From the NCBI GenBank assembly GCA_024239075.1, contig JANBVI010000072.1, positions 16,622 to 64,621 of the forward strand: a stretch of 48,000 nucleotides of DNA. The letters run 5' to 3'. The notes below the pieces were generated by a model. The model was not told the DNA's origin and made no database searches. It worked only from the letters and a program-made list of their open reading frames with translations. The stretch is from Fischerella sp. CENA71 (lineage in GTDB: Bacteria; Cyanobacteriota; Cyanobacteriia; Cyanobacteriales; Nostocaceae). Shown here one piece after another: positions 25,432 through 35,185 of the stretch (position 1 is the first letter of the stretch; the number at the start of each line of letters is the position of its first letter). The position numbers and the translations under genes are program-made.

Positions 25432-28400
25432 GAAATATTGAAGAATTTTTGTCTGATTTAGCTAATTTAGATATCAAGTTGTGGGTAGAGTTGAGCGATT
25501 CTGGTTTAGAAGAAGTTTGCTTGCGCTGTAATGCTCCAAAAGGAGCGCTGACACCAGACATACGTATCCAGCTAGCTGAACGCAAAGCAGAAATTATCAC
25601 TTTTTTACAACAGAGTCATCTCAAGTCAAATTCTACTTCTGAGGTGATTACTCCTGTTGCTCGCAACATAGATTTACCATTATCTTCTGCTCAAGCTCGG
25701 CTGTGGTTTCTCACCCAATTAGAAGAAGAGAATGCTCCTTATAATATACCAGTGACTTTACGTCTGGTTGGTTCTCTCAACGTAGTAGCCCTAGAAATGG
25801 CTATACAAGAAATTGTCCAGCGCCACGAAGCTTTGCGTACTAGCTTCAAAATCGTAAATGGCTCTCCAGTCCAAGTCATCAACGATTTTACTAATGTAAA
25901 TATATCGATCATAGACCTGCAATATCTAAAGGAAGATGAGCAGTCTGTTGAGGTGCAAAGGTTGGCTAGCAAAGACTTTAAAACCGCTTTTCGCCTTGAT
26001 ACTGCTCCATTGCTGCGAGTAACTTTGCTGCGCTTGGGAGAACAATCACATGTCCTGTTGCTGATTGTGCATCACATTATCTCTGATGGTTGGTCGATGG
26101 GGATATTTGTCAGCGAGTTGTCTGAGTTTTATCAAGGTTTCTGTAGGGGAAAACCTGTAAAGTTACCAGAGTTACCAATTCAATATGCCGATTTTGCTCA
26201 CTGGCAACAACAATGGTTAAGTGGAGAGACGTTCCAAACACAACTCAATTACTGGAAGCAGCAGTTAGCAGGGTCGCCACCCGTACTTAAACTCCCTACC
26301 GATCATCCTCGTCCATCGGTGCAAACATTTGAAGGTAGCTATGAAGAATTTCAACTAGATTGGGAACTAACCCAAAAGCTCAAAACTCTCTCGCAACAGT
26401 CAGGTGTGAGTTTGTTTATGACTTTAGTGGCAGCGTTTGTGATCTTACTTTCACGCTATAGTGGTCAGGATGACATAGTTATTGGTTCTCTAATCGCTAA
26501 CCGCAATCGTAGTGAAATCGAGTCATTAATTGGCTTTTTCGTCAATATCTTGGTACTGCGTACTCAAATTCAAGGAAATCCGACTTTCAGTGAGCTACTA
26601 GAACAGGTACGCGATGTGACTTTGGCCGCCTATGATCACCAAGATTTACCCTTCGAGAAATTAATCGAAGAACTTCAACCAGAGCGTTCTCTCAGTTACG
26701 CACCCTCATACCAAGTCATGTTCGTGCTGCAAAATGCCTCTGTTGAAGAACTCAAACTGACTGGTTTGACCCTAACTCCCATTAAATTGGATGATGTTAC
26801 GGCAGGAGATGATTTACTTTTGTCGATGGAGGAGACAGAGGAAGGACTTCTTGGAGGTTTTGTTTATAAAAGTGACCTATTTAATGCAAGTACTATCAAG
26901 CGGATGACAGGACATTTTGAAACATTACTCGAAAGTATCGTAGCCGATCCTCAGCAAAAAGTGGGGCAATTACCAATATTGAGTGCTGAGGAGCAGGAGC
27001 AGTTATTAGTGGAATGGAACAACACTGATACAGAGTATCCTTTAGAGCAATGTTTCCCAGAAGTATTTGAAGCAATTGTTGAGCGAACACCTGATGCAGT
27101 AGCGGTGGTATTTGTAGAGGCCCACAGTGGAGCTTCTCCAACAGTAGAGCAATTAACATATCAACAATTAAACGCTCGTGCTAATCGTTGGGCAAGGTAT
27201 TTGGTAGATCAAGGAGTCGGAGCAGAAACAATAGTTGCTTTGCTGTGCGATCGCAACATCGATTTGTTGACGGCAATGCTGGCAATATTAAAAGCAGGTG
27301 GAGCCTACTTACCTATTAACCCTGAGCATCCAGGCGAACGAATTGAGCAACTATTGTCACAAAGTCAAGTACCTGTATTATTATCAGCTAGTTGTTATTC
27401 ATCCCTAGTTAGTAGTCTTGACACATCATTAGAATTATTTTTACTTGAAGATTTAGATTGCCAACACTACTCAAGTCTAAATTTGCCCAGGCGATGCCAT
27501 CAAGATCACTTAGCTTATGTGATTTACACCTCCGGTTCGACAGGAAAACCGAAAGGGGTGATGATAGAACATCGCGGAATGCTCAATCATTTGTATGCTA
27601 AGGTCACAGATTTAGATTTAGACGCCACCGATGTTGTCGCCCAAACTGCAAGCCAAACATTTGATATTAGTATTTGGCAATTTTTAGTGGCATTGCTAGT
27701 AGGTGGACGAGTTGAGATTGTCAGCAGTGAAATCCTCACTGACCCTGCCCAGTTACTCTCCATACTTCAGCATCGGCAAATCTCTATATTGGAAGTTGTA
27801 CCATCATACCTGCGGATGATGCTGCAACAGATTGAAAACAGTGATATTAAACCTAATTTATCTGTGTTGCGATGGTTGTTGTTAACGGGTGAAACTTTGA
27901 CACCCCCATTGTGCCGTCAATGGTTGGATTACTATCCAACCATCCCAATCATGAATGCCTATGGTCCAACCGAGTGTTCGGATGATGTTACCCATTATCC
28001 AATTTACACACCACCCAAACAGGAAATACTAAATTTACCGATTGGTCGTCCTGTAGCAAATACCCAGTTATATATACTTGATACTCAATTGCAACCAGTG
28101 CCAATAGGAATTCCTGGAGAACTCTATGTTGGTGGTATTGGTGTGGGACGTGGTTATTTACACGATTTAGAACAGACACAACTGGCTTTTATACACAATC
28201 GATTTCAACAGACAACATGTGGTGTCTCGACATCAAGGTTGTATAAAACTGGTGATCAAGCCCGTTTCCTCCCAGATGGCAATATTGAATTCCTTGGTCG
28301 CATTGATTACCAGGTGAAGATTCGCGGCTTCCGCATTGAGTTGGGAGAAGTTGAAGCAGTACTGACTCAACATCCATATGTTCAAGAGGCAGTGGTGATT

Positions 28401-31400
28401 TCTAGGGAAAACCTACCTGAAAACCAATATTTAGTCGCTTATGTGGTTCTGAATCAAGCAATGGATGCTACCAATGAACTACGCAAGTATCTCAAGGAGA
28501 AGCTGCCTGACTACATGGTACCCTCAGTGGTGATGATTTTAGAGAAGATGCCCCTGACCTCTAACGGGAAGATAGACCGTAGTGCTTTACCCGTACCAGA
28601 TTTTCAACTGAATCTTACTGCTGGTTTTGCTCCTCCCCGCACTCCCACTCAAGAGGTTCTAGCTAACCTCTGGGCAGAAGTCCTCAATCTTAAACAAGTT
28701 GGTATCCACGATAACTTCTTTGAATTAGGGGGACATTCCTTATTAGCGACTCAGGTGATTTCCCGATTGCGATCGTTGTTTGAAGTGAATTTACCCCTGC
28801 GCTGCTTGTTTGAATCCCCGACGATCGCGGGACTGAGCGAATCGATCTCTGCAATGCGTCATGCGGGTTTGGGTCTACAAGCATCTGTGATTGAGCCAGT
28901 TTCACGCAACACAGACTTGCCATTGTCATTTGCTCAAGCCAGACTTTGGTTTTTAGACCAGCTTGAGGGCAAAACCTCTACTTATAATATTCCAATGACC
29001 TTGCGTTTGGTTGGTTCGCTTAACCAAGTCGCTATGAAGATGGCAGTTCAGGAAATCGTCCGTCGCCACGAGGTCTTACGTACTAATTTTAAGATGGTAA
29101 ATGGCGTCTCAGTGCAGGTAATTGCCGATGATGCCAACGTAAGCCTGTCAGTTATAGATCTACAACATCTAAAAGAAGTCGAGCAGTCCGTTGAAGTCAA
29201 GCGCTTGGCAAACCAAGAGGCTAAATGCCCTTTTGACTTATCAAATGACCCATTGCTGCGAGTGACTTTGCTACGTTTGGGAGCAGAATCCCACGTGCTG
29301 CTGCTGACTATCCATCATATTGTTTCTGATGGTTGGTCGATGGGGATATTTATTCAGGAGTTGTCTGAGCTTTATCAAACTTTCTGTGCGGGAAAACCTT
29401 CACAGTTACCAGAATTGCCGATTCAATATGCTGACTTTGCTTGTTGGCAACGTGAGTGGCTGAGTGGAGAGGTACTAGAAACACAACTTAACTATTGGAA
29501 ACAACAACTAACAGGAGCGCCACCTCTACTCGCACTACCTACTGACCGTCCCCGTCCATCAGTACAGACTTTCCAAAGTAGCTCTGAAGAATTTCAACTC
29601 AATCGAGAATTAACTTCTAAGCTCAAAGCGTTGAGTCAACAGTCTGGGACAACACTGTTTATGACTCTGCTGGCAGCGTATGTGACTTTACTCTTACGCT
29701 ATAGCGATCAAGAGGACATAGTTGTCGGTTCCCCCATTGCTAACCGTAACCGCAATGAAATCGAATCATTAATTGGCTTTTTTGTCAATATACTAGTGCT
29801 GCGTACTCAGCTTCACGGAAATCCCACTTTTAGCGAGCTACTAGAACGAGTCCGGGAAATGACTTTGGGGGCATATGACCACCAAGATTTACCCTTCGAG
29901 AAGTTAGTTGAGGAACTTCAACCGGAGCGTTCTCTCAGCCACGCGCCATTGTTTCAAGTGATGTTCATGTTACAAAATGCTTCGGTGGGAGAACTCGAAC
30001 TACCTGGTCTAACTATCACTCCCTTGGAATTGGAGAGTTCCACAACAACTGATGATTTACTGCTGTCAATGGAGGAAACGGAGTCGGAACTTATTGGAGA
30101 ATTGACGTACAATAGTACCTTGTTTTATGCGTCTACCATTAAGCGAATGGTAGAACATTTTCAGGCTTTGCTCGAAAGTATTGTTACTAATCCTCAACAA
30201 AGACTGGCGCAATTACCTATGTTGAGTGCTGCCGAACGGCATCAGTTGCTGGTGGAATGGAATGATACTCATACAGAGTATCCTTTAGAGCAGTGCTTTC
30301 CACAATTGTTTGAACAACAAGTTGCGCGAACTCCAGAGGCAGTCGCTGTGGTGTTTGTAGACGCGCAGAGCGCAGCTTCTCCAAGAGTAAAGCAGCAACT
30401 AACCTATCATGAGTTAAATGCTCGTGCTAATCGTTGGGCAAGGTATCTGGTAGATCAAGGAGTCGGAGCAGAAACAATAGTTGCTTTGCTGTGCGATCGC
30501 AACATCGATTTCTTGACAGCAATGCTGGCTGTATTTAAAGCAGGTGGAGCATACCTACCCCTAAATCCAAATCATCCATCTGAGAGGATACATCAAGTAC
30601 TAGAGCAAAGTCAGGTATCTTTTGTCCTACTGACTAACCAGTTAGAACCAATCGTTTCTCAAGCTCTTAGTAAGCTTGAGTGTACACCACAAGTGTTGTT
30701 GCTTGAAGAATTGGCCAACCTTGAGGGCAGTAACGAAAACTTACCTGTACGCTGCCAGCCGGACAACTTGGCTTATTTGATTTACACTTCTGGTTCGACA
30801 GGTAAACCTAAAGGTGCAATGCTCGAACATCGAGGGATGCTCAATCATTTATACGCCAAGGTTACAGATTTGCAGCTAAGTGAAGTTGATGTAGTCGCAC
30901 AAACTGCTCCTCAAAGTTTTGACATTAGTGTTTGGCAATTTTTGGCTGTACTGTTAGTCGGTGGTCGAGTCGAAATTATCCCCAACGAGATGGTGGCACC
31001 TGCTCAACTGTTAACATTGGTGGAAACTCAACAAATCTCTATTTTGGAGATTGTGCCATCGCTGTTACGGATGATGCTTCAACACGTAGAACTTTCGGGT
31101 GTTACTCAACCTCAAATGTTCAATTTGCGATGGTTATTACTAACAGGTGAAACCTTACCACCACAATTGTGCCGTCAGTGGTTCGAATATTATCCAGCCA
31201 TCCCGATGATGAATGCCTACGGCCCAACTGAGTGTTCGGATGATGTTACCCATTATCCAATATATCAATCACCTGCTCCCGATGCGCTTAATCTGCCGAT
31301 TGGGCGTCCAGTAGCAAATACACAGTTATATATTCTCGATAATCAACAGCAACCTGTACCAATTGGAGTCGCTGGAGAACTCTACGTTGGTGGTGTTGGC

Positions 31401-32876
31401 GTTGGACGTGGTTATTTACACAATTGGCAACAAACACAGCTTAATTTTGTCGAGAATCCCTTTATTAAAGGTAGCCGCTTGTATAAAACTGGTGATAAAG
31501 CTCGTTTTCTCCCGGATGGCAATGTTGAATTCCTCGGTCGCATTGATTACCAGGTGAAAATTCGCGGCTTCCGCATTGAGTTGGGAGAAATTGAGGCGGT
31601 GCTGAGTCAACACCCACACGTTCAAGAGGCAGTGGTGATTAGTAGGGAAGACCAACCAGGAATCCAACACCTAGTAGCTTATGTCGTTGCTAACAAAGCG
31701 ATGAGTAGCGCTAATGAACTACGTAATTTCCTCAAGGATAAGTTACCTGACTACATGGTTCCCTCAGTGGTGGTGATTTTGGAAAAGATGCCTTTGACCC
31801 CCAACGACAAAGTAGACCGTTGTGCCTTACCTGCACCAGATATTCAGCCGAGTCTTACCGCTAGCTTTGCCCGTCCCCGTGACAATTTAGAACTGCAATT
31901 GACGCAAATTTGGGAAGAAGTTCTAAATCTTCACCCTATTGGCATTCGGGATAACTTCTTTGAGCTAGGGGGTCATTCACTGTTAGCCATCAGCTTGATC
32001 GCAAAAATTCAGTCCTTATTCGGAAAAAATTTGTCCCTGGCAGCCTTCTTCCAAGGTGCAACTATTGAAAGCCTCGCAAATATTCTCCGCTCCTCAACAG
32101 TTTCCCCATCTTGGTCTACCCTAGTAACAATTCAGTCGGGTGACTCTAAACAACCCTTCTTTTGTGTCCATCCTGGTGTTGGTACTGTCCTTGCATATGT
32201 TGACTTAGCACATTATCTCGGTTTAGAACAACCGTTTTACGGGTTGGAATCGCTGGGCTTGGAGGACGAACAAAAGCCTTATGGCCAGGTTGAACAGATG
32301 GCAGCTCATTACATCGAAGCAATGCAGAGTGTTCAACCGCAAGGACCTTATCGGCTTGGTGGTTGGAGTTTTGGTGGACTTATAGCTTTTGAGATGGCTC
32401 AACAACTCCACGCGCAAGGGCAGCAAGTATCCTTGTTAGCATTACTCGATACTTCTGCTGTAATGGATAGCGAAGAGTCACAAGAACAAGATGAACAAGA
32501 TTACGATGTTTCCTTGGAGGAATTACTTGTAAGCGATGATTCTTCGATATTGGGATTACCACCAGAGCTAGATCAGGCTCAGACACAACGTTTAGCAAAC
32601 ATTTTCAAAAGTCATATCAAAGCTGCAAACAGCTATTGTTACAAAACTTATCAAGGCAAAGTAACTCTCTTCCTGGCTGAAGAAGGATTAGCTGTTGAAT
32701 CTGAGGAACCTACCTTAGGCTGGAAAAATTTAGCAAAGGGAGGTGTGGACATCCACTGGATTCCTGGTGATCACCTCACTTTGATTAGCAAACCAAATGT
32801 TGAAATTTTAGCCCAAAAGCTACGGCATTGTCTGGATAATCAAGAGGCGAATGATGAGGGTAAACAAAATGACTAA
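25428..32876 (+). CDS. NRPS 3, two modules plus release: dock-C-A-T-C-A-T-TE
   Basis: 2482 aa. N-terminal TubC-type docking domain (LANLDIKLWVE...LRCNAPKGALTPDIRIQLAERKAEIITFL). C4: PLSSAQARLWFL, VHHIISDGWS. A4 is a copy of the NRPS 2 A domain. T4: FFELGGHSLLA. C5: IHHIVSDGWS. A5: FDISVWQ, NAYGPTECSDDV, PNDKVDR. T5: FFELGGHSLLA. TE: GWSFGG with a downstream GDH. Confidence 0.95.
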   Translation: MRNIEEFLSDLANLDIKLWVELSDSGLEEVCLRCNAPKGALTPDIRIQLAERKAEIITFLQQSHLKSNSTSEVITPVARNIDLPLSSAQARLWFLTQLEEENAPYNIPVTLRLVGSLNVVALEMAIQEIVQRHEALRTSFKIVNGSPVQVINDFTNVNISIIDLQYLKEDEQSVEVQRLASKDFKTAFRLDTAPLLRVTLLRLGEQSHVLLLIVHHIISDGWSMGIFVSELSEFYQGFCRGKPVKLPELPIQYADFAHWQQQWLSGETFQTQLNYWKQQLAGSPPVLKLPTDHPRPSVQTFEGSYEEFQLDWELTQKLKTLSQQSGVSLFMTLVAAFVILLSRYSGQDDIVIGSLIANRNRSEIESLIGFFVNILVLRTQIQGNPTFSELLEQVRDVTLAAYDHQDLPFEKLIEELQPERSLSYAPSYQVMFVLQNASVEELKLTGLTLTPIKLDDVTAGDDLLLSMEETEEGLLGGFVYKSDLFNASTIKRMTGHFETLLESIVADPQQKVGQLPILSAEEQEQLLVEWNNTDTEYPLEQCFPEVFEAIVERTPDAVAVVFVEAHSGASPTVEQLTYQQLNARANRWARYLVDQGVGAETIVALLCDRNIDLLTAMLAILKAGGAYLPINPEHPGERIEQLLSQSQVPVLLSASCYSSLVSSLDTSLELFLLEDLDCQHYSSLNLPRRCHQDHLAYVIYTSGSTGKPKGVMIEHRGMLNHLYAKVTDLDLDATDVVAQTASQTFDISIWQFLVALLVGGRVEIVSSEILTDPAQLLSILQHRQISILEVVPSYLRMMLQQIENSDIKPNLSVLRWLLLTGETLTPPLCRQWLDYYPTIPIMNAYGPTECSDDVTHYPIYTPPKQEILNLPIGRPVANTQLYILDTQLQPVPIGIPGELYVGGIGVGRGYLHDLEQTQLAFIHNRFQQTTCGVSTSRLYKTGDQARFLPDGNIEFLGRIDYQVKIRGFRIELGEVEAVLTQHPYVQEAVVISRENLPENQYLVAYVVLNQAMDATNELRKYLKEKLPDYMVPSVVMILEKMPLTSNGKIDRSALPVPDFQLNLTAGFAPPRTPTQEVLANLWAEVLNLKQVGIHDNFFELGGHSLLATQVISRLRSLFEVNLPLRCLFESPTIAGLSESISAMRHAGLGLQASVIEPVSRNTDLPLSFAQARLWFLDQLEGKTSTYNIPMTLRLVGSLNQVAMKMAVQEIVRRHEVLRTNFKMVNGVSVQVIADDANVSLSVIDLQHLKEVEQSVEVKRLANQEAKCPFDLSNDPLLRVTLLRLGAESHVLLLTIHHIVSDGWSMGIFIQELSELYQTFCAGKPSQLPELPIQYADFACWQREWLSGEVLETQLNYWKQQLTGAPPLLALPTDRPRPSVQTFQSSSEEFQLNRELTSKLKALSQQSGTTLFMTLLAAYVTLLLRYSDQEDIVVGSPIANRNRNEIESLIGFFVNILVLRTQLHGNPTFSELLERVREMTLGAYDHQDLPFEKLVEELQPERSLSHAPLFQVMFMLQNASVGELELPGLTITPLELESSTTTDDLLLSMEETESELIGELTYNSTLFYASTIKRMVEHFQALLESIVTNPQQRLAQLPMLSAAERHQLLVEWNDTHTEYPLEQCFPQLFEQQVARTPEAVAVVFVDAQSAASPRVKQQLTYHELNARANRWARYLVDQGVGAETIVALLCDRNIDFLTAMLAVFKAGGAYLPLNPNHPSERIHQVLEQSQVSFVLLTNQLEPIVSQALSKLECTPQVLLLEELANLEGSNENLPVRCQPDNLAYLIYTSGSTGKPKGAMLEHRGMLNHLYAKVTDLQLSEVDVVAQTAPQSFDISVWQFLAVLLVGGRVEIIPNEMVAPAQLLTLVETQQISILEIVPSLLRMMLQHVELSGVTQPQMFNLRWLLLTGETLPPQLCRQWFEYYPAIPMMNAYGPTECSDDVTHYPIYQSPAPDALNLPIGRPVANTQLYILDNQQQPVPIGVAGELYVGGVGVGRGYLHNWQQTQLNFVENPFIKGSRLYKTGDKARFLPDGNVEFLGRIDYQVKIRGFRIELGEIEAVLSQHPHVQEAVVISREDQPGIQHLVAYVVANKAMSSANELRNFLKDKLPDYMVPSVVVILEKMPLTPNDKVDRCALPAPDIQPSLTASFARPRDNLELQLTQIWEEVLNLHPIGIRDNFFELGGHSLLAISLIAKIQSLFGKNLSLAAFFQGATIESLANILRSSTVSPSWSTLVTIQSGDSKQPFFCVHPGVGTVLAYVDLAHYLGLEQPFYGLESLGLEDEQKPYGQVEQMAAHYIEAMQSVQPQGPYRLGGWSFGGLIAFEMAQQLHAQGQQVSLLALLDTSAVMDSEESQEQDEQDYDVSLEELLVSDDSSILGLPPELDQAQTQRLANIFKSHIKAANSYCYKTYQGKVTLFLAEEGLAVESEEPTLGWKNLAKGGVDIHWIPGDHLTLISKPNVEILAQKLRHCLDNQEANDEGKQND
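26871..28442 (+). repeat. Copy 2 of the ~1572-bp near-identical direct repeat
   Basis: See copy 1. The differences I could find are 26907 (a vs g), 28419 (g vs a) and 28422 (a vs c). Identity decays sharply outside these bounds. Confidence 0.9.
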
Positions 32877-34176
32877 ATATCGCCTCGAAAAAGGAATGCG
32901 AGTCTTTCTTATTATCTGGTTCGGGCAAATGGTTTCGGTCATTGGCTCTGGTCTTACTGGCTTTGCTTTAGATATCTGGATATACCAACGTACCGGGTCA
33001 GTTACCCAGTTTGCATTTGCTTTTGTATTTAGTCAGTTACCACCAATCTTAATATCGCCCTTTGCTGGTGCTTTAGTAGACCGTTGGAACCGCCGTTATT
33101 GCATGATTCTCAGTGATTTAGGCGCTGGATTGAGTACTCTGGCGATCGCTCTTTTACTATTCGCTGGTAATCTCCAAATTTGGCACATATATATAGCTAC
33201 TGCTTTAAGTTCTATTTTTGGTAGCTTCCAGTGGCCAGCCTATAGCGCGTCAATTCCAATGTTAGTTCCCAAAGAACACTTAAACCGTGCTAACGGCTTA
33301 ACCGAACTAGCAGGGGCGCTGACAATGCTCCTACCACCTGTGCTAGGAGGAGCATTACTTGTTACTATTAACTTACAAGGTGTTATACTTATCGACTTTA
33401 TTACCTTCCTCGTTTCCATAGTCACGCTGCTAAGTGTGCGATTTCCTAAAATGAAAACAGATACTACAGAGGAAGTAAAAAAAATTTCTCTCCTTGCTGA
33501 CGTAATCTACGGTTGGAAGTACATCACCTCCCGACCAGGACTACTAGCACTGATATATTTTTTCGCTGCTAGTAACTTTGTTTTGGCAATTGTCAGCGTA
33601 TTATTAACACCACTAGTACTATCCTTTACCTCACCTGCCATCCTTGGTCTAATCCTATCCATCGATGGTGTAGGTATGCTTGTGGGTACTTTAGTAGTCA
33701 CTACTAGAAAAGGACCGACACGACAAATCTACACTATACTAGGTTTTCAAATGCTTGGTGGTCTGTGCATTTTAGTAACAGGGTTACGTACTTCTGCCCC
33801 ACTTATAGCAGTTGCAGCCTTCTTATTCGCTTTTGGTTCACCAATCATTAATTGCTCTAGCCAGGTTATTTGGCAAAGAAAAGTAGCGCCGGAAGTGCAA
33901 GGAAGGGTCTTTGCACTAGAACAAATGATTGTCGGTTCGCTGCAACCTGTGGCTTATATTGTCTCCGGTCCTTTGGCTGACCGCGTATTTGAGCCTTTAA
34001 TGGCAGCTAACGGTTTGCTTGCTGCAAGTCTCGGACAAATCATAGGTGTGGGAAAGGGACGCGGGATTGGTTTGCTATTCATAGTTATGGGAATTATCTC
34101 AATGCTAATATCTGTTATTGCCTTCCAGTATCGGCACCTGCGATTTTTGGAAGATGAATTGTTAGATCAGATATAA
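32851..34176 (+). CDS. MFS transporter (EntS/MFS_3-like putative exporter)
   Basis: 441 aa with about 12 predicted hydrophobic helices. N-terminus RVFLIIWFGQMVSVIGSGLTGFAL and the loop motif GALVDRWNRR are typical of MFS. It overlaps the NRPS 3 stop (TAA 32874-32876). An alternative in-frame start at 32869 (ATGACTAA) would give an 8-nt overlap. Confidence 0.85.
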   Translation: MMRVNKMTKYRLEKGMRVFLIIWFGQMVSVIGSGLTGFALDIWIYQRTGSVTQFAFAFVFSQLPPILISPFAGALVDRWNRRYCMILSDLGAGLSTLAIALLLFAGNLQIWHIYIATALSSIFGSFQWPAYSASIPMLVPKEHLNRANGLTELAGALTMLLPPVLGGALLVTINLQGVILIDFITFLVSIVTLLSVRFPKMKTDTTEEVKKISLLADVIYGWKYITSRPGLLALIYFFAASNFVLAIVSVLLTPLVLSFTSPAILGLILSIDGVGMLVGTLVVTTRKGPTRQIYTILGFQMLGGLCILVTGLRTSAPLIAVAAFLFAFGSPIINCSSQVIWQRKVAPEVQGRVFALEQMIVGSLQPVAYIVSGPLADRVFEPLMAANGLLAASLGQIIGVGKGRGIGLLFIVMGIISMLISVIAFQYRHLRFLEDELLDQI

Positions 34177-35185
34177 CCTATATATGTAGGTGCGATCGCA
34201 ATAATGAATTTAATTTTGTGCAACTACATTAAATACAAAGATTTGGATACAAATCCAAGCTCATTCATAATTATTGCTTTCACTACTTCTGCAATATTGA
34301 TTCTTTCTTTAGAATCAGTTTCTGACAACTCTTTGTTTTTATATAATATTCTTATTTTATCTATTATTCTCGCTACTATCCCCTAGAAAGCTAAGTTTTT
34401 TAACTCTGCTTATTCTTAGTGAAAATTCATTTCTTACTTAAGTAATTCAGCATAAATAAAGTTAATAGCTAGGTTCGTCATTTATTATTGAGCATTGGTA
34501 AGTATTTAAAGCAAATTGACTTTTTAACCTCGACCGTACTCGACCATAATTAATGCTATTCAAACTAGATATGTATGTAATAAATCGTATAAGTAATAAA
34601 TAAAAAATGACTTTATCGACACCCTTTTATCCCCAAAATCTATTTTATAGACAAATAGCAAAGAGCCAACTATAAGTAAATAAAGTATTAAATTTAACTA
34701 TTATTATTCTGATTAAGTTTTTGTTACATCATGATTAATTTTCCCGCCGACTTACTTAAAATATAAACTAGTACTTAGCCTAAAAAATTGTCTCTTGCCT
34801 ACAACACATACTACAAATTTAATTTATTAGCTACAAAACCTTCCATTTTATCAACTTCAGCTTTATTGGCTTCTGATTCATAAACTCCAAATAAATGAAT
34901 TTCTATTTCTACTCATTCTGATTTAATTTCCAGCAAAACTAATGAATTTAAATATTGAGTGATTTTAGGGTTAAGTATTTTATATCTATAATTGTTATGT
35001 TAAAAAGAATTGTTTTAGAAAAAGTTCAAAGAAATGGTTAAGTAAAATTAAACTTACGGGTGGAGGCAAGGGAATTATTACCAAGGAACAAGATAGAGAA
35101 TTTGTAATGAACTTTGTTGAGGTACTTATTTTATATTCTTCAAGGTTTAAGAATGCATTGATGTTAACTTTGTGATGATACTTCT

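Noticed and set aside
23374-28442. The 3497-nt-offset repeat as an assembly artefact
   Set aside because: This cannot be excluded without reads. However, both copies are embedded in frame in different, diverged flanking sequence, and a few mismatches distinguish them. That is more typical of a real duplication or conversion, so it is kept as a finding with this caveat.
15550-32876. Numerous 60-125 aa antisense or out-of-frame ORFs inside the NRPS genes (e.g. 21227-21541, 25014-25388, 25322-25600, 28690-28929)
   Set aside because: They are fully embedded in long, motif-rich NRPS reading frames and have no motifs of their own. Several occur twice only because they lie inside the 1.57 kb repeat.
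15550-34176. Assignment of the NRPS locus to a known cyanobacterial family (microcystin, anabaenopeptin, cyanopeptolin, nostopeptolide, hassallidin/puwainaphycin)
   Set aside because: There are no PKS modules, no epimerisation or N-methylation domains, no halogenase or ureido-forming features, and no fatty-acyl-AMP ligase. The module count and the predicted substrates do not fit any of these families.
34204-34386. 60-aa hydrophobic ORF (possible small membrane or immunity protein) after the MFS gene
   Set aside because: It lies in an extremely AT-rich spacer, has no convincing SD at proper spacing, and has low-complexity Ile/Leu/Ser composition. It cannot be supported from sequence alone, and only conservation or expression data would rescue it.
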